Assembly (NCBI GenBank): GCA_963833935.1 | Contig: CAWIAC010000020.1 | Location: 18,607-82,606, forward strand | Origin: an uncultured Actinomycetota bacterium | GTDB taxonomy: Bacteria > Actinomycetota > Actinomycetes > Mycobacteriales > Mycobacteriaceae | Reading direction: 5' to 3' | DNA length: 64,000 nt | In this document: positions 51,395 through 61,783 of the stretch, piece by piece | Position numbering within the stretch: the stretch's first letter is position 1 | How the letters are laid out: every line of letters begins with the position of its first letter | Translations under genes and position numbers: made by a program | The notes under the pieces: model-generated | What the model saw: only the letters and a program-made list of their open reading frames with translations | What the model was told of the DNA's origin: nothing | Database searches by the model: none

Positions 51395-51767
51395 TGCCGT
51401 CCACCTCCGCACTAGACGCCTGACTAACGGCATAGGGTGACAACTAATCAACCACTTAATTTGATCAACCACTTAATCTTCAATCGGTTATGCTACCGAC
51501 CGAGAGCAGCAGGTTCCCGCGGTGGACGTTCAGGGCAATCTGGGGGTTTGAACGCCATGTTGAGGGTGAAAGCTGCGTCCGGAAGCATGATGGCCACATC
51601 GCCACTCACAATGGTCGGGTGGCGCAGCCGGATGGTCGCTGCGGCGGTAACGAAGTTCCACCGAACTCGAGACGCGCTCTCGCCTGAAGATCCTTCATGC
51701 GGTCGACGATGAAGAACTACCCATCGTCGTCCTCGCAACACCGTACAGCCCATCACGAGATTCAGCG

Positions 51768-53978
51768 ATGAGCTTCAACCTGGCCGTCGCTCTTCGAGAA
51801 TCCCGCAACGCGCATCCAGACAAACCGCTGTGCCGCGTCGCCGACCAAACCTTCAGCTACGCACAGGTCGACGAGATCTCGGGCCGGATCGCCGCGAGCT
51901 TGCGCAACCTCGGTGTACGACGCGGTGACAAGGTCGCAGTCCAGCTGCCCAACGTGCCACAATTTCTGTTCGCTTACTTCGGCATCCTCAAGGTCGGGGC
52001 GGTCATGGTGCCGCTGGACCCGCTGCTGCGCGCGCCGGAAATCAGGTATTACCTTAAGGATTCCAACTCTCGGCTGCTGATCACGTTCGAGACGTCCGCC
52101 GCCGAGGCGGTCAAGGGCGGGGCAAAGATCGAAGGGTTGAGCACCTATGTGGTGAACCTACCTGGCAACGACTTACGACCGGTGGGGACGAAGCCTTTCG
52201 ACGAACTCCACCTCGCCGACGACACCGGCGACATTGAGTCGACCGACGCCGACGACACCGCGGTGATCACCTACACGACGGGCGCCAGCCGCCGACCCAA
52301 GCGCGCGCAGCTGACGCATTACCACTTGTACGCGGACTGCACCGCCAACGGACAGCGGTTCAGATTCAGCGCCGAAGACGTCAGCATGGCGGTGCTGCCG
52401 ATGTTTCATGTCTTCGGCCTGTCCAGCGTGAATGTGGCCGTGCGGTTCGGCGGCACCCTGGTGCTGGTGCCCCCTTTCGACGCCCAAACTGTCATCGACG
52501 AACTCGCGCGGCACCGCTGCGCGATTTTCTCCGGTGTTCCAACAATGTATTGCGCGCTGCTGCAGGCCGACACCGACGGCCGTGACCTCTCAGCGCTGCG
52601 CCTGGGGGTATCCGGCGGTGCGGCTATCTCCGGTGAAGTGATCCGGGCGTTCGAGGAGAAGTTCCCTGGCGTGGTGATCCTCGACGTACACAAGTTGGCT
52701 GAAACGGCATCCGCCGCGACATCCACCAGCGCGCCACCGATGTTCCACCGAATTCGCGACGCCCTCTCGCCTGAACGTACTACAAAAATTTGTATGGTTT
52801 TGTCGATGTTGCTGCTATTTTTCCTCGTCATGCCATGGCGAGAGAAAGTGTATTTTAGCGGTCAACTTGACTGGGTTGTACTGGGAAAGACTGGTGTTCT
52901 GATCGCCGCTGTCTTGGTTGTTCTCTGGGCCAAGCGCAACGTCGCGCGCAGTGGTCGGTCGGTCAGTAACGTCACGGCGTCGGCGATTCTTCTCGTTGCC
53001 TTATACTGCGGCTTTTCAGCCGCAGGCGCTTTCCTCTTCGGGAGGTTTTTGTCTAGCGTGGAGCTATCGGTGAGGGTTCTGGTAGTCGGCTGGGTGGTTC
53101 TGACATTGATCGAGCTGGTAGGACCAATGATGGCGATCACCACGCTGTCACGCGTGTTAGCCGTTGCGGCGATTGAAATCGGCGTCACGGGGGATATGTC
53201 GTCGGAGGAATTCCCCAGCCGGCTTGTCGGTGCTTTCCCGCCGGTCTATCCCAATGAAATCGCATTTCTGGCCGCCATACCGATAATCTACTTTGTGTGG
53301 CGCACAGTAAATGTGGACACGAGTTTTATGCGCGTTCTGGCTTTTGTCCCTCTCGGCGTGATAATTGCGCTCAGTCAATCGCGGACTAGTGGCGCCGTTG
53401 TTGCAGTTGTAGTCCTTTCCCTTCTAATTCGCGGGACTCGACATGGGCGACTCCGCTTGGGTATGACTACCGCGGCAGTAATCTATCTTATTTTCTCATT
53501 TACTTTTACCGATGCCATTCGGCATTTCGCTTCTCGTGGCGGGACCAGCTCCCTCGAGTCGGCCGGATCCCGACTAATAGCCTGGAATGCGCTACTGAAC
53601 ATGGATCGAACCACCATGCAGACCCTGACTGGGGAGGGGCTTTCCGCCAAATCAGTTCCCGTAACAGGGCAGTTCTGGACTACGCAGATTATGGACAGTT
53701 CCTGGTTCTCGGCATTCCTCCAAGCCGGCGTGATCGGTGTCGTCCTCGTTATAGCACTCGTGATCTACGCGGCAACCCAAGCATTAAGGAATGCCCGCCC
53801 GGCCAAGGATTTATGGGTAGCGCTCCTGGTGTTCGTCGTGGTTCGAAGCTTTTTCGAAAGTGGCCTGTTAGACACCAGCATGAGCTTCGTCGTCTTCATG
53901 ATGGTTTCGATGGGCGCCGCGACCCAGGCGCACCTCGAATGTTCCTCAGGCGGGAAACACTTTCATGCCGGGGTCTGA
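51768..53978 (+). CDS. Chimeric protein: truncated long-chain acyl-CoA ligase N-half fused to a Wzy/O-antigen-ligase-like membrane domain
   Basis: Residues ~1-310 are FadD-like (GDKVAVQLPN, LPMFHVFG, GVPTMY) with a degenerate P-loop YTTGASRRPKR. The rest has about 11 TM segments with YPNEIA, SQSRT, SRLIAW and DSSW. Confidence 0.75.
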   Translation: MSFNLAVALRESRNAHPDKPLCRVADQTFSYAQVDEISGRIAASLRNLGVRRGDKVAVQLPNVPQFLFAYFGILKVGAVMVPLDPLLRAPEIRYYLKDSNSRLLITFETSAAEAVKGGAKIEGLSTYVVNLPGNDLRPVGTKPFDELHLADDTGDIESTDADDTAVITYTTGASRRPKRAQLTHYHLYADCTANGQRFRFSAEDVSMAVLPMFHVFGLSSVNVAVRFGGTLVLVPPFDAQTVIDELARHRCAIFSGVPTMYCALLQADTDGRDLSALRLGVSGGAAISGEVIRAFEEKFPGVVILDVHKLAETASAATSTSAPPMFHRIRDALSPERTTKICMVLSMLLLFFLVMPWREKVYFSGQLDWVVLGKTGVLIAAVLVVLWAKRNVARSGRSVSNVTASAILLVALYCGFSAAGAFLFGRFLSSVELSVRVLVVGWVVLTLIELVGPMMAITTLSRVLAVAAIEIGVTGDMSSEEFPSRLVGAFPPVYPNEIAFLAAIPIIYFVWRTVNVDTSFMRVLAFVPLGVIIALSQSRTSGAVVAVVVLSLLIRGTRHGRLRLGMTTAAVIYLIFSFTFTDAIRHFASRGGTSSLESAGSRLIAWNALLNMDRTTMQTLTGEGLSAKSVPVTGQFWTTQIMDSSWFSAFLQAGVIGVVLVIALVIYAATQALRNARPAKDLWVALLVFVVVRSFFESGLLDTSMSFVVFMMVSMGAATQAHLECSSGGKHFHAGV

Positions 53979-55307
53979 AACGATCGCGTTGCCGCGGACG
54001 ACTCCGGCATATCCGGGATAGCCGTTCAATCCGATCTTTGCTGGGTTGGGGCTCGAACAGTAGACGACTGGCGTCCGCGATACTGGTGCTGCGTCACCCC
54101 GCTTCGGGTTGTAAAGAAATTGATTTCCGGCAATCAGGATCTCGCGACCACCGGAGATATCAATGATGCCGCGTGAATCGTCGCCAGGGTCGGCCATGTT
54201 GGCATAGAATACACAGTCGGAGATGGTCAATCCGTCAACTCCGGACACCTTCACGGCACTCCCTTTCGACGGTGACTCATCAGGGGCGTCGAATTGGACC
54301 CCGGAGACCACCAGGCCTCGTCCGCCCTCGACGGATAGGTGAAAGGAGTTCGATTGAGCGGTGATGATTACCCGGCCAATGAACGACTTCTCCATCACGG
54401 ATCGAATGAACGGCTTTCCACTTGAAGCCCACGGTCCCGTGCCATTGTCCATGAACGACTGTGCTTCCATTCCGAAGATCGTATTTTCGCTGCCGCCCAG
54501 GTAGAGAGGGGTGTCGGACATGGCCTGGGCATGAAAGGTGCCCGTCAACGAGACGCCAGTACCGTATCCCCACCAGAACGTGCGCATGGCACGAACGCCG
54601 AGGTTATGCAGATTGCAGTACCAGAGGGTTTTGCCGCGGATGGAGTCCTCGGTCATGGTCAGTCGCGGGAACACATCCGTTTGTACTCCATCCCTTCCTC
54701 CGTCGAAAAGAATGCCGGATATCGAGATGTCTCGCGGCGACCCGTCCCGCGGATATGCTTGCCGCGCTTGGCCTTCGGGTGGGAAAACAAAGATCGATGT
54801 ATTCGGCTTGCCTTTCCATCGGATTATCGTTCCACCGCCGTATTCCCGCGCAGGCAGCCCGCTGGTCCCTAGGAGCTTGAGCCCTGAATAGAGTTTGATG
54901 GGCGACGACAGGACATATTCCCGATTGGCGAACTCGTAGACTGGGCAATGGCTTCCACCCGACCGCTTGGTAAGTCCATTGAGTGCATTGATTCGTTCGT
55001 CGTCGGATGTGCCAAGCTGATCCACCGCGATCGTCTGGCCCCGTGACGTAGAACCCCTGTTGGCCAAGTCGTCAACGCAGCCAGAAGCCATGCTGGCCGC
55101 GGCAGCCCCTACGATCGCAGCCCCACCCATCGCAATGACCGATCGTCGATTCTTTGGTCCCGCACCGGCAGCCTGTGGCACAACGCGCGCGGCCGGGTCG
55201 CCCGACAGCAACGTCACCTGTCCAACCGGCCGGGTCTCATGGCGCTTCTGAGAAGCGCCGCCAAGCCTTGGCGTAGGCAGGGGCGTGCGTACATGGTCGA
55301 AGTGCAA
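53946..55307 (-). CDS. Secreted, probably Tat-dependent lipoprotein with a right-handed beta-helix-like domain
   Basis: NRRSVIAMGG...ASGC twin-arginine/lipobox and repeated ISISGI, VVSGVQF, TISDCVF and IAGNQF strands. True start probably downstream of 55307. Confidence 0.55.
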   Translation of the reverse strand: MHFDHVRTPLPTPRLGGASQKRHETRPVGQVTLLSGDPAARVVPQAAGAGPKNRRSVIAMGGAAIVGAAAASMASGCVDDLANRGSTSRGQTIAVDQLGTSDDERINALNGLTKRSGGSHCPVYEFANREYVLSSPIKLYSGLKLLGTSGLPAREYGGGTIIRWKGKPNTSIFVFPPEGQARQAYPRDGSPRDISISGILFDGGRDGVQTDVFPRLTMTEDSIRGKTLWYCNLHNLGVRAMRTFWWGYGTGVSLTGTFHAQAMSDTPLYLGGSENTIFGMEAQSFMDNGTGPWASSGKPFIRSVMEKSFIGRVIITAQSNSFHLSVEGGRGLVVSGVQFDAPDESPSKGSAVKVSGVDGLTISDCVFYANMADPGDDSRGIIDISGGREILIAGNQFLYNPKRGDAAPVSRTPVVYCSSPNPAKIGLNGYPGYAGVVRGNAIVSDPGMKVFPA

Positions 55308-56172
55308 CCGAACTCGGCGTCGCGCCTTTGCATCCGGTCGTCGATCGCGTCGATGACGCCTTCCGGAGTTCGCTGCGCAGACGACCGCGCCACCGGGCGG
55401 CTCTCATCGAGATTTCTGTTCGGCGGGCTCAGTTTCGAAAAAGAAACAGACCGATTCTTGACGGCCACGACAAAATGGTCTGTCACACAACTACCCCGGC
55501 TCTTATTGACGATGTTTTGGGTTTGCTGACGTCCGGCTAGGGCGCCGTGTCCTACTTCCGTTTCGGACTCTCGCAAGCGCTTCAAAACAAAGCGAAATAA
55601 ATGGTAGACTACCAGGGGAAGACCGTCACGCCCAGTTCGCAAGCCGGCGCGCACCAAGTCGCGATTGGCGCAGGAAATTGTTGGCATGTCCGTGGCAGCC
55701 GTCACAGCGGTCGGTGGCCGCACCGGTATAACAGCTCGGTGTCTCTTAAGGGCTGATCGGCGACCGAATCGGGGGAGCCGTCTGATGGAGCCGTCCAGCT
55801 GTATGCGCGATCCTCAACCAATTAAGGACTTTGCCGACTCCACCGGCCGGCGTTGGCGCGGGCCGACGCATCTAACGCCGCCGCACACGGGCGAGCATCA
55901 GAGCCTTCCAATGCAGATCCGCCGTTAAAGGGATGGTCCCCGTCATTGAGTGCTGGTATCGGGGAATCGGGCCGATGTGGGAGTGTGCTCCCCAGGTCGT
56001 CGATCGACGCCTTGCTCACCAATCGGGGTTCTCGCTTCGTCGGGGCGAACAAGATCCGCCGGGGCGGGATGCAGAGACGGGGAATGCCCACGGTCGTATC
56101 GCGGAGATTGCTGGCCGCTAACATTGTCGCCATGCGGCTCAGTTGTGCCGAGCTCCGATGGTTCTTGCGACC

Positions 56173-57240
56173 ATGAGGCTCCTGTTTGATGCGCACTGGT
56201 GGGTCGATGGGCCGCCATCAAACCGCAATGTGTTGCGCTCACTTGTTGCTGAATGGCTGCGAGCTTTCCCTGCTGACGAACTAACGTTGCGAGTCCCGAA
56301 GAGCGACGTTCCCGTGGTCGAGGGTGACATTGCGCAAATGCAGCTCAGGGCTGATGTCGATCACTATCCGGCTTGGGCTCGTTACCACGCCGTTGCAGTC
56401 GCCACCATCGCAGTGCGCAGACGTGAATACGATGCCGTGCTCGCCCAGAACTTTTGTCCACCTTTCGCCGGGGTGCCTCGTTTCGTTCTTCTCCACGACG
56501 CTATCTTCGCTACAAATCCGGAGTGGTTTACGAAAAAAGAGTTGTTATATCTGCGAGGGGTGCGGCCCTCTCTTCGAAGGGCCACTACCGTTTTGGCCAC
56601 GTCCCAATCCGAGGCGGCCAGGATGGGTTTTGTGTGGCCTGAGTTGAGAGAACGAATTGTGCAAGTCGGACTAAGTGTTCCGACGGGCATAGTGAAAGCG
56701 CGCGCGAGGCGCCCTTCAATGTGGAACGCGCCGGTGCCATTCGTGCTCACCGTCGGTCGGCTCAACGTGCGTAAAAACTTGGACCGCCTCATCGAGGCCT
56801 TCGCTCGCGTTGCGCGGCAAGACCTAAGTCATCACTTGGTTGTCGTTGGAAAGAAGGACGGAAAGTACTCGGCGGGTGCGATTCCCGGCCATGTCACGTC
56901 CCGAATACATTTCTTGGGTCACGTCACCGATGAGGAACTGCGCTGGCTCTACGAAAATTGCGACCTGTTTGCGTTTCCTTCGTTAGACGAAGGCTACGGA
57001 CTGCCGCTCATCGAGGCCAACATGCTGGGTGCTGCCGCCATAGCTAGCGACATTCCCGTGTTTAGAGAGATCGGGGTGGCTGCTGACTACTTCGATCCGC
57101 GGTCGGTTGACGAGATGGCTGCTGCCATCCTGCTTGGATTAGGGAGTACTACAACAACAGCCGACGCCACGGGAACGACCTGGCAGGATGTCGTACAAAA
57201 CATCCGCCGTGCGGTCGAAATGGGACGCGTCCTTAAGTGA
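56173..57240 (+). CDS. Glycosyltransferase family 4
   Basis: HD, VGRLNVRKN and FPSLDEGYGLPLIEA...SDIPVFRE motifs. Confidence 0.92.
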   Translation: MRLLFDAHWWVDGPPSNRNVLRSLVAEWLRAFPADELTLRVPKSDVPVVEGDIAQMQLRADVDHYPAWARYHAVAVATIAVRRREYDAVLAQNFCPPFAGVPRFVLLHDAIFATNPEWFTKKELLYLRGVRPSLRRATTVLATSQSEAARMGFVWPELRERIVQVGLSVPTGIVKARARRPSMWNAPVPFVLTVGRLNVRKNLDRLIEAFARVARQDLSHHLVVVGKKDGKYSAGAIPGHVTSRIHFLGHVTDEELRWLYENCDLFAFPSLDEGYGLPLIEANMLGAAAIASDIPVFREIGVAADYFDPRSVDEMAAAILLGLGSTTTTADATGTTWQDVVQNIRRAVEMGRVLK

Positions 57241-57357
57241 CGAGTGATCGTGCCCGTTAGTTCGTCGGGTGTTGGGCCCAGCCGATTGGGTGATCGAGGT
57301 CCGTCGCCCAGTTGACCGTTGACCTAGGCGAACCCGCCGTGGTGACCCCTCGTTGCC

Positions 57358-58593
57358 TCAGCGAACGCGTCGCAGGCGCGACATAGAGTCGTCGAGTTGC
57401 CCGCCCGTGCCGACTCCTCGCTGGTTCACTCCCGGGATGGTCGGTCTATCTACTAGAGCTATCGAAGGACAGACGTCGAGCAGCAATGATTCGTACTGGC
57501 CGGCCACGTGCTCCCAGGTAAATTCCTCTGCGTGACGCCTTCTACTTGCGGCTGCCAGCGAAATCCTGAGGGCACTGTTATCAATCAACTCGGTGATTTG
57601 CGCATCGGCCTCGGCGGCATCGTTGAAGTACAGCGCTCCGTCTTGCGCGACCCAACGGTTGAACTGGTTGCTATGAGCAATGATTGGGTTACCGGCTCCC
57701 ATTGCCTCCACAAGAGACGGGTTCGTCCCCCCGACTGTGTGCCCATGCAAGTAGCCAAGTGAGTGCAGTCGCAGAGACTGGACAATGGTGTGATCGTACA
57801 ACGCGCCTAAGAAGACAACTTCGTCGCTCGCAGTGTCAAGAACCCGACGATGGTATTCGTCATCGCGGTTGTAATTGCCCAGGATGGCAAGCTTGACTCC
57901 GCGCTCGGACCGCGAAAACCCCCGTACAAGTTCCAGGATGGAGTTTTCCCGTATTGGTCGGCAGATGAGGGTCAAATATCTTCCGGGCTCCAATCCACGG
58001 TCGGTGACCGGCTCTGTCGGGGCCTCGGTGATCGCATGCGCTCCGTACGTGATCGTCGTTATCCTGCTGGGCCCGGCTCGCGACAGCAGATATTCATGGA
58101 TCTTGGGATGGTCGGCGATGAGGTGGCTTCCCACCCGGCAAGCGATTCTCTCGTTGGCCCAGAAGATCGATTGCCGGAATAATCCCCACCTCGAGCGGGA
58201 CCATTCCATACCGTCCATGTTGATGACGTTCGGAATTCCCTTGATCCATTGCAGCAAGTTGAAGACCGCTGTGTTGTACCCGAATGTCAAGCAGACATCC
58301 CGATGACGCGCGGCGTGCCGGATCGACAGCAGGTCGAACTCCACTGTCCCGAGCCATCCCTCACGCCGGACGGGGATCGTGACTAGCTCGATGCCGTTCC
58401 ATTCGTGCTCTCGAATCGGCCCAGAGCCTTGCTTCTGGCAGTAGACCACCACCCGCCAGCCCCGGTCACGAAGGAAAAACGCAACATTCTCGGCGGCAGT
58501 TTCAAACCCCCCATGCGCAGCCGGAATGCCACGTGTCCCGAGCATTCTGACGGTCTGGTCAAATGCGCCCACCGGTCGACCCCACACGTTCAT
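57358..58593 (-). CDS. Glycosyltransferase (DUF1972-containing GT-B)
   Basis: GTRGIPAAHGGFET, NMDGMEW.R..W and HGHTVGGTNPSLVEAM motifs. Confidence 0.88.
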   Translation of the reverse strand: MNVWGRPVGAFDQTVRMLGTRGIPAAHGGFETAAENVAFFLRDRGWRVVVYCQKQGSGPIREHEWNGIELVTIPVRREGWLGTVEFDLLSIRHAARHRDVCLTFGYNTAVFNLLQWIKGIPNVINMDGMEWSRSRWGLFRQSIFWANERIACRVGSHLIADHPKIHEYLLSRAGPSRITTITYGAHAITEAPTEPVTDRGLEPGRYLTLICRPIRENSILELVRGFSRSERGVKLAILGNYNRDDEYHRRVLDTASDEVVFLGALYDHTIVQSLRLHSLGYLHGHTVGGTNPSLVEAMGAGNPIIAHSNQFNRWVAQDGALYFNDAAEADAQITELIDNSALRISLAAASRRRHAEEFTWEHVAGQYESLLLDVCPSIALVDRPTIPGVNQRGVGTGGQLDDSMSRLRRVR

Positions 58594-58625
58594 ATCCACG
58601 CGTCCTTTTTTGCGTCGGCTAGCAC

Positions 58626-59306
58626 TCAGCGCCCGTTCAATCGCCACGCGTTCACCGCGACCTCGGTTTTCACGCGATCCCCGTTTTCACCGCTATCGCG
58701 CCTCCCTGGGCGACCCTGCAGAAGCGCAACTACTGGGCCCAGTAATAGCCCGACAAAAATTCCGAACAATATGATCTTTGATCGGTTGGGTGAGACCCAT
58801 TTTGGATCCGCGGCGCGTTGCACGATTAGTGCGCGCACGGCCGGCGGCCCACTGTCTGCCGATGTCGTTTCGAGATCCTGGACCAAGCTGACGAAATCCT
58901 CCGACAACGCGTTTGCTAAGAATGCGGCATTGGACGCGGACGAATCGCTGACGGAGAGGGCGATCACTACTGAATCAGTTTTGGCCGAGGCGGCAATCTT
59001 TTTAGCGAGATCGGGCGGCGCAATTTGCAGTCTCAGCCTTTTGATGGTGCGCGTGGCAAGCGTTTCGCTCATAATAAGATCGTTGTAAGAAGCGATGCGC
59101 GCCTGGGCGAGTTGGGCCGCCGCGAATGCATCTTGGCCATCCGTGGCGCTCTGTGTCGCGATGAAGATGCGAGTCGATGTCTTGTATGTGGGCTGGACCA
59201 GCAATGCCCAGGCAACGGCGATGGTCATTGCAGCCACGATCACCACCACAACCGTAACCCAACGCGTGTGAAGGACGCGTACGGCATCTCGCAAAGTCAC
59301 GACCAA
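58626..59306 (-). CDS. Polysaccharide chain-length determinant (Wzz/YveK-like)
   Basis: N-terminal TM, PTYKTSTRIFI, SY..LI.S, ANAL and P.WVSPN before a second TM. Confidence 0.8.
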   Translation of the reverse strand: MVVTLRDAVRVLHTRWVTVVVVIVAAMTIAVAWALLVQPTYKTSTRIFIATQSATDGQDAFAAAQLAQARIASYNDLIMSETLATRTIKRLRLQIAPPDLAKKIAASAKTDSVVIALSVSDSSASNAAFLANALSEDFVSLVQDLETTSADSGPPAVRALIVQRAADPKWVSPNRSKIILFGIFVGLLLGPVVALLQGRPGRRDSGENGDRVKTEVAVNAWRLNGR

Positions 59307-59463
59307 TTCCTCCTGACACGGCTTAAAGCCGCAAAACCGAACCTGGCTATATCGCTAACAACTTTTCCCGGTCTCGGGAATGGCAGTGCCGTCTGACGTG
59401 ACAACGGGCGTCCCAGCTGCGAGAGATTCGAGAATGGGAGGGCCCATCTGGTGTCCCCTGTCA

Positions 59464-60927
59464 CTAATAAGCCCCTTCGCGAAGCAGCACGGCGCGCAAG
59501 GTCTTAAAGATGATGACGAGATCGCCGCCCATCGACCAATTCTCGACGTAGCTCAGATCAAGGCGAACAGACTCCTCCCAACTCAGGTCTGATCGTCCGC
59601 TCACCTGCCATAACCCAGTGATGCCCGGACGTACGAGGAGCCTGCGCTTAACATCGCCATCGTAGGTGTCAACTTCTCGCCGTAGCGGCGGCCGTGGGCC
59701 GACAACACTCATTTCTTTTTTTAGAACGTTGATGAATTGCGGCAGTTCATCGAGGCTGTATCGACGAAGTATTTTTCCGATGTTAGTGATGCGCGGATCT
59801 TCACGGATCTTGAAGAGAACTGCGCCTTGGCTTTCGTTCCGATCGACCAACCTCTTAAGTTGCGCGTCGGCATCTGCCACCATCGTGCGCAGCTTCAGCA
59901 TCGTGAAGGGCTGTCCGTCCAAACCAATGCGCTCGGCGGCATAGAACACCGGTCCGCGGCTGGTCAGCTTTATTGCGATCGCCGCTGCGAGCAAGATAGG
60001 AGATGCGGCAGCCAGCGCGGCAAGTGCGAAGCAAAAGTCGAATGCGCGCTTCTGAAAGCGCTTCGCACCTTGATACTGCGGCTTTTCGACGTGAATCAGC
60101 TGATGGCCCGACACCGGCCGCATGACGAGCCGTCGGCCGGCGATATCGATGACACCCGGCGAAACCACCAGATCAACGTCGAGCGCTTCGAGCTGCCACA
60201 GCAGCTTGCGAAGGCCGTCGGCACCGAAATGCTCGGTACCGGTTATCGCAACAGTGTTGGCGCCGCACGCGGTGATCGCTGCCAGGGCCCGTATCTCATC
60301 CCCAAGGATCGGGACTTCTCGCCCGTTGACCAGTAAGGTCTCGCCGTGAGGCTCGCCATAGCCTGGGATTCCGACGCCGACGATCCGATAGCCGTTGTTT
60401 GGTTTCCGCGTTATTTCGCGGGCAAGAACCAACACGGCGCGCTGGTCGCCGATCGCGAGGACTAACCTTTGACATCCACCGCAGGACCGTTCACGCAGTA
60501 TCTGCTTGCGCCAAAACTGGCGCCCTAGAAGCAGACCCGCTGTTCCGATCGGCAGCGTAACAGCCAGGTATCCTCGAGAGGTGTCAAGCTTAAAAAGCAG
60601 CGAGGCGATCGCTATGGCACCAAAGGTCCAGAAGGACGCACTGACCACATACCGATACTCGTCGAGGCCGTCTCCGATCACTTGAGGCGATCTGGTCCGG
60701 AAGATAGCCAGTACCGACAACCACAACAGGGCGAACATAACTGAGTAAACGGTTAATCGGTTGCTCGTGCCTTTTGGAAGCTCCGCCTGGCCAAAACGGA
60801 TGTACTGGGCCAACAGGACAGCTGCAGCAACAATGACAGCATCGGTCACAAGTAGTCGTAACGCGTACAGAGACTCCCAACGCGTCCGCGCGGTCATCAC
60901 TGGTGAAGTCGTTGCGTTAACGAACAT
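59464..60927 (-). CDS. Priming polyprenyl glycosylphosphotransferase (WcaJ/WbaP-like)
   Basis: KRAFD, GPVFY..ERIG, KLRTM, DPRIT, SLDELPQF, GPRP, PGITGLWQVSGRS and DLSYVENWS motifs. Could start at 61080. Confidence 0.93.
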   Translation of the reverse strand: MFVNATTSPVMTARTRWESLYALRLLVTDAVIVAAAVLLAQYIRFGQAELPKGTSNRLTVYSVMFALLWLSVLAIFRTRSPQVIGDGLDEYRYVVSASFWTFGAIAIASLLFKLDTSRGYLAVTLPIGTAGLLLGRQFWRKQILRERSCGGCQRLVLAIGDQRAVLVLAREITRKPNNGYRIVGVGIPGYGEPHGETLLVNGREVPILGDEIRALAAITACGANTVAITGTEHFGADGLRKLLWQLEALDVDLVVSPGVIDIAGRRLVMRPVSGHQLIHVEKPQYQGAKRFQKRAFDFCFALAALAAASPILLAAAIAIKLTSRGPVFYAAERIGLDGQPFTMLKLRTMVADADAQLKRLVDRNESQGAVLFKIREDPRITNIGKILRRYSLDELPQFINVLKKEMSVVGPRPPLRREVDTYDGDVKRRLLVRPGITGLWQVSGRSDLSWEESVRLDLSYVENWSMGGDLVIIFKTLRAVLLREGAY

Positions 60928-61017
60928 CTCGTCGCCTTTAAGATTGGCTAAAGGTGCGTGCTTCGCCGCCCGGACCGCTTGCCCCGGTCCAGCCGGCCCG
61001 CCACTCAGGCGCGTCGT

Positions 61018-61044
61018 CTCGCACAACGGCATGCCGTTGGCGAG
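61018..61044 (-). terminator. Strong hairpin downstream of the esx pair (possible terminator)
   Basis: CTCGCACAACGGCATGCCGTTGGCGAG, a near-perfect inverted repeat without a U-tract. Confidence 0.4.
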
Positions 61045-61095
61045 CGCCTCACCGTTCCGGACCGGCTCGCACGATGCCACGATTAACCCACCGCC

Positions 61096-61380
61096 TCAGG
61101 CCCAGCTGGAGCCGACGGCGGAGTCGGTGCTGCTCATGTTGTTGCCGGCGCTCTGGACTTTTTGGCCGTGGGAGTTGGCTTGTTCGTAGATGGTCTGGAA
61201 GTTGCGTCCCAACTGGGTGATGAACTCCTGGCAGGCCACCGAACCCGAGCCACCCCAGAAGTCACCGGCGGCCAGCACATCGCGCACGATGGACTGGTGC
61301 TCGGCCTCCAACGACGCGGCCTGGGAACGGATCATCGCGCCGTGGGCATCCACGTCGCCGAACTGGTAACTGATCGACAT
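61096..61380 (-). CDS. ESX-5-type WXG100 protein (EsxN/I/L-like)
   Basis: MSISYQFGDVDAHGA...FWGG...QLGRNFQ...GSSWA. Confidence 0.95.
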   Translation of the reverse strand: MSISYQFGDVDAHGAMIRSQAASLEAEHQSIVRDVLAAGDFWGGSGSVACQEFITQLGRNFQTIYEQANSHGQKVQSAGNNMSSTDSAVGSSWA

Positions 61381-61411
61381 AGCGGTTCTCCTAAACGTCT
61401 TCGGTGCCGGG

Positions 61412-61708
61412 CTAGCTGGACAGGATGTGCTGGGAGGCCTGTTCTTGTGCCTCGTAGTTGTTGGCGTCGCGGATCAGCCCGTCGCGCACGCCGTGCAGCA
61501 TGTTGACGATGTTGCGGAAGGCCTGGTTCATCTGGCCCATGGTGTCGTAGGAGGTGGCCTGAGCCGTTCCGCTCCAGCTGGCACCGGCGATGTTCTGACT
61601 CGACGCCCACATCTTGCGGGCCTCGTCCTCCACCGTCTGGGCGTGGGTGTCAAACCGGCCCGCCATCGACCGCATCTCGTGCGGATCAGTCATAAAACGC
61701 GTAGACAT
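61412..61708 (-). CDS. ESX-5-type WXG100 protein (EsxM/J/K, QILSS-type)
   Basis: RFMTDPH.MR.MAGRF, WSG, YEAQE secretion signal and HILSS end. Confidence 0.95.
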   Translation of the reverse strand: MSTRFMTDPHEMRSMAGRFDTHAQTVEDEARKMWASSQNIAGASWSGTAQATSYDTMGQMNQAFRNIVNMLHGVRDGLIRDANNYEAQEQASQHILSS

Positions 61709-61783
61709 GTTCCTATCTCCTTGCTGGTAGTCATCCTGAAATCCGGTCGCTGTGCCCCGGACGAAACGAATCGCATTACTTCG

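Noticed and set aside
55310-56170. Several short ORFs between the beta-helix gene and the GT4
   Set aside because: No recognisable motifs or consistent coding signal; probably divergent promoter or decayed DNA.
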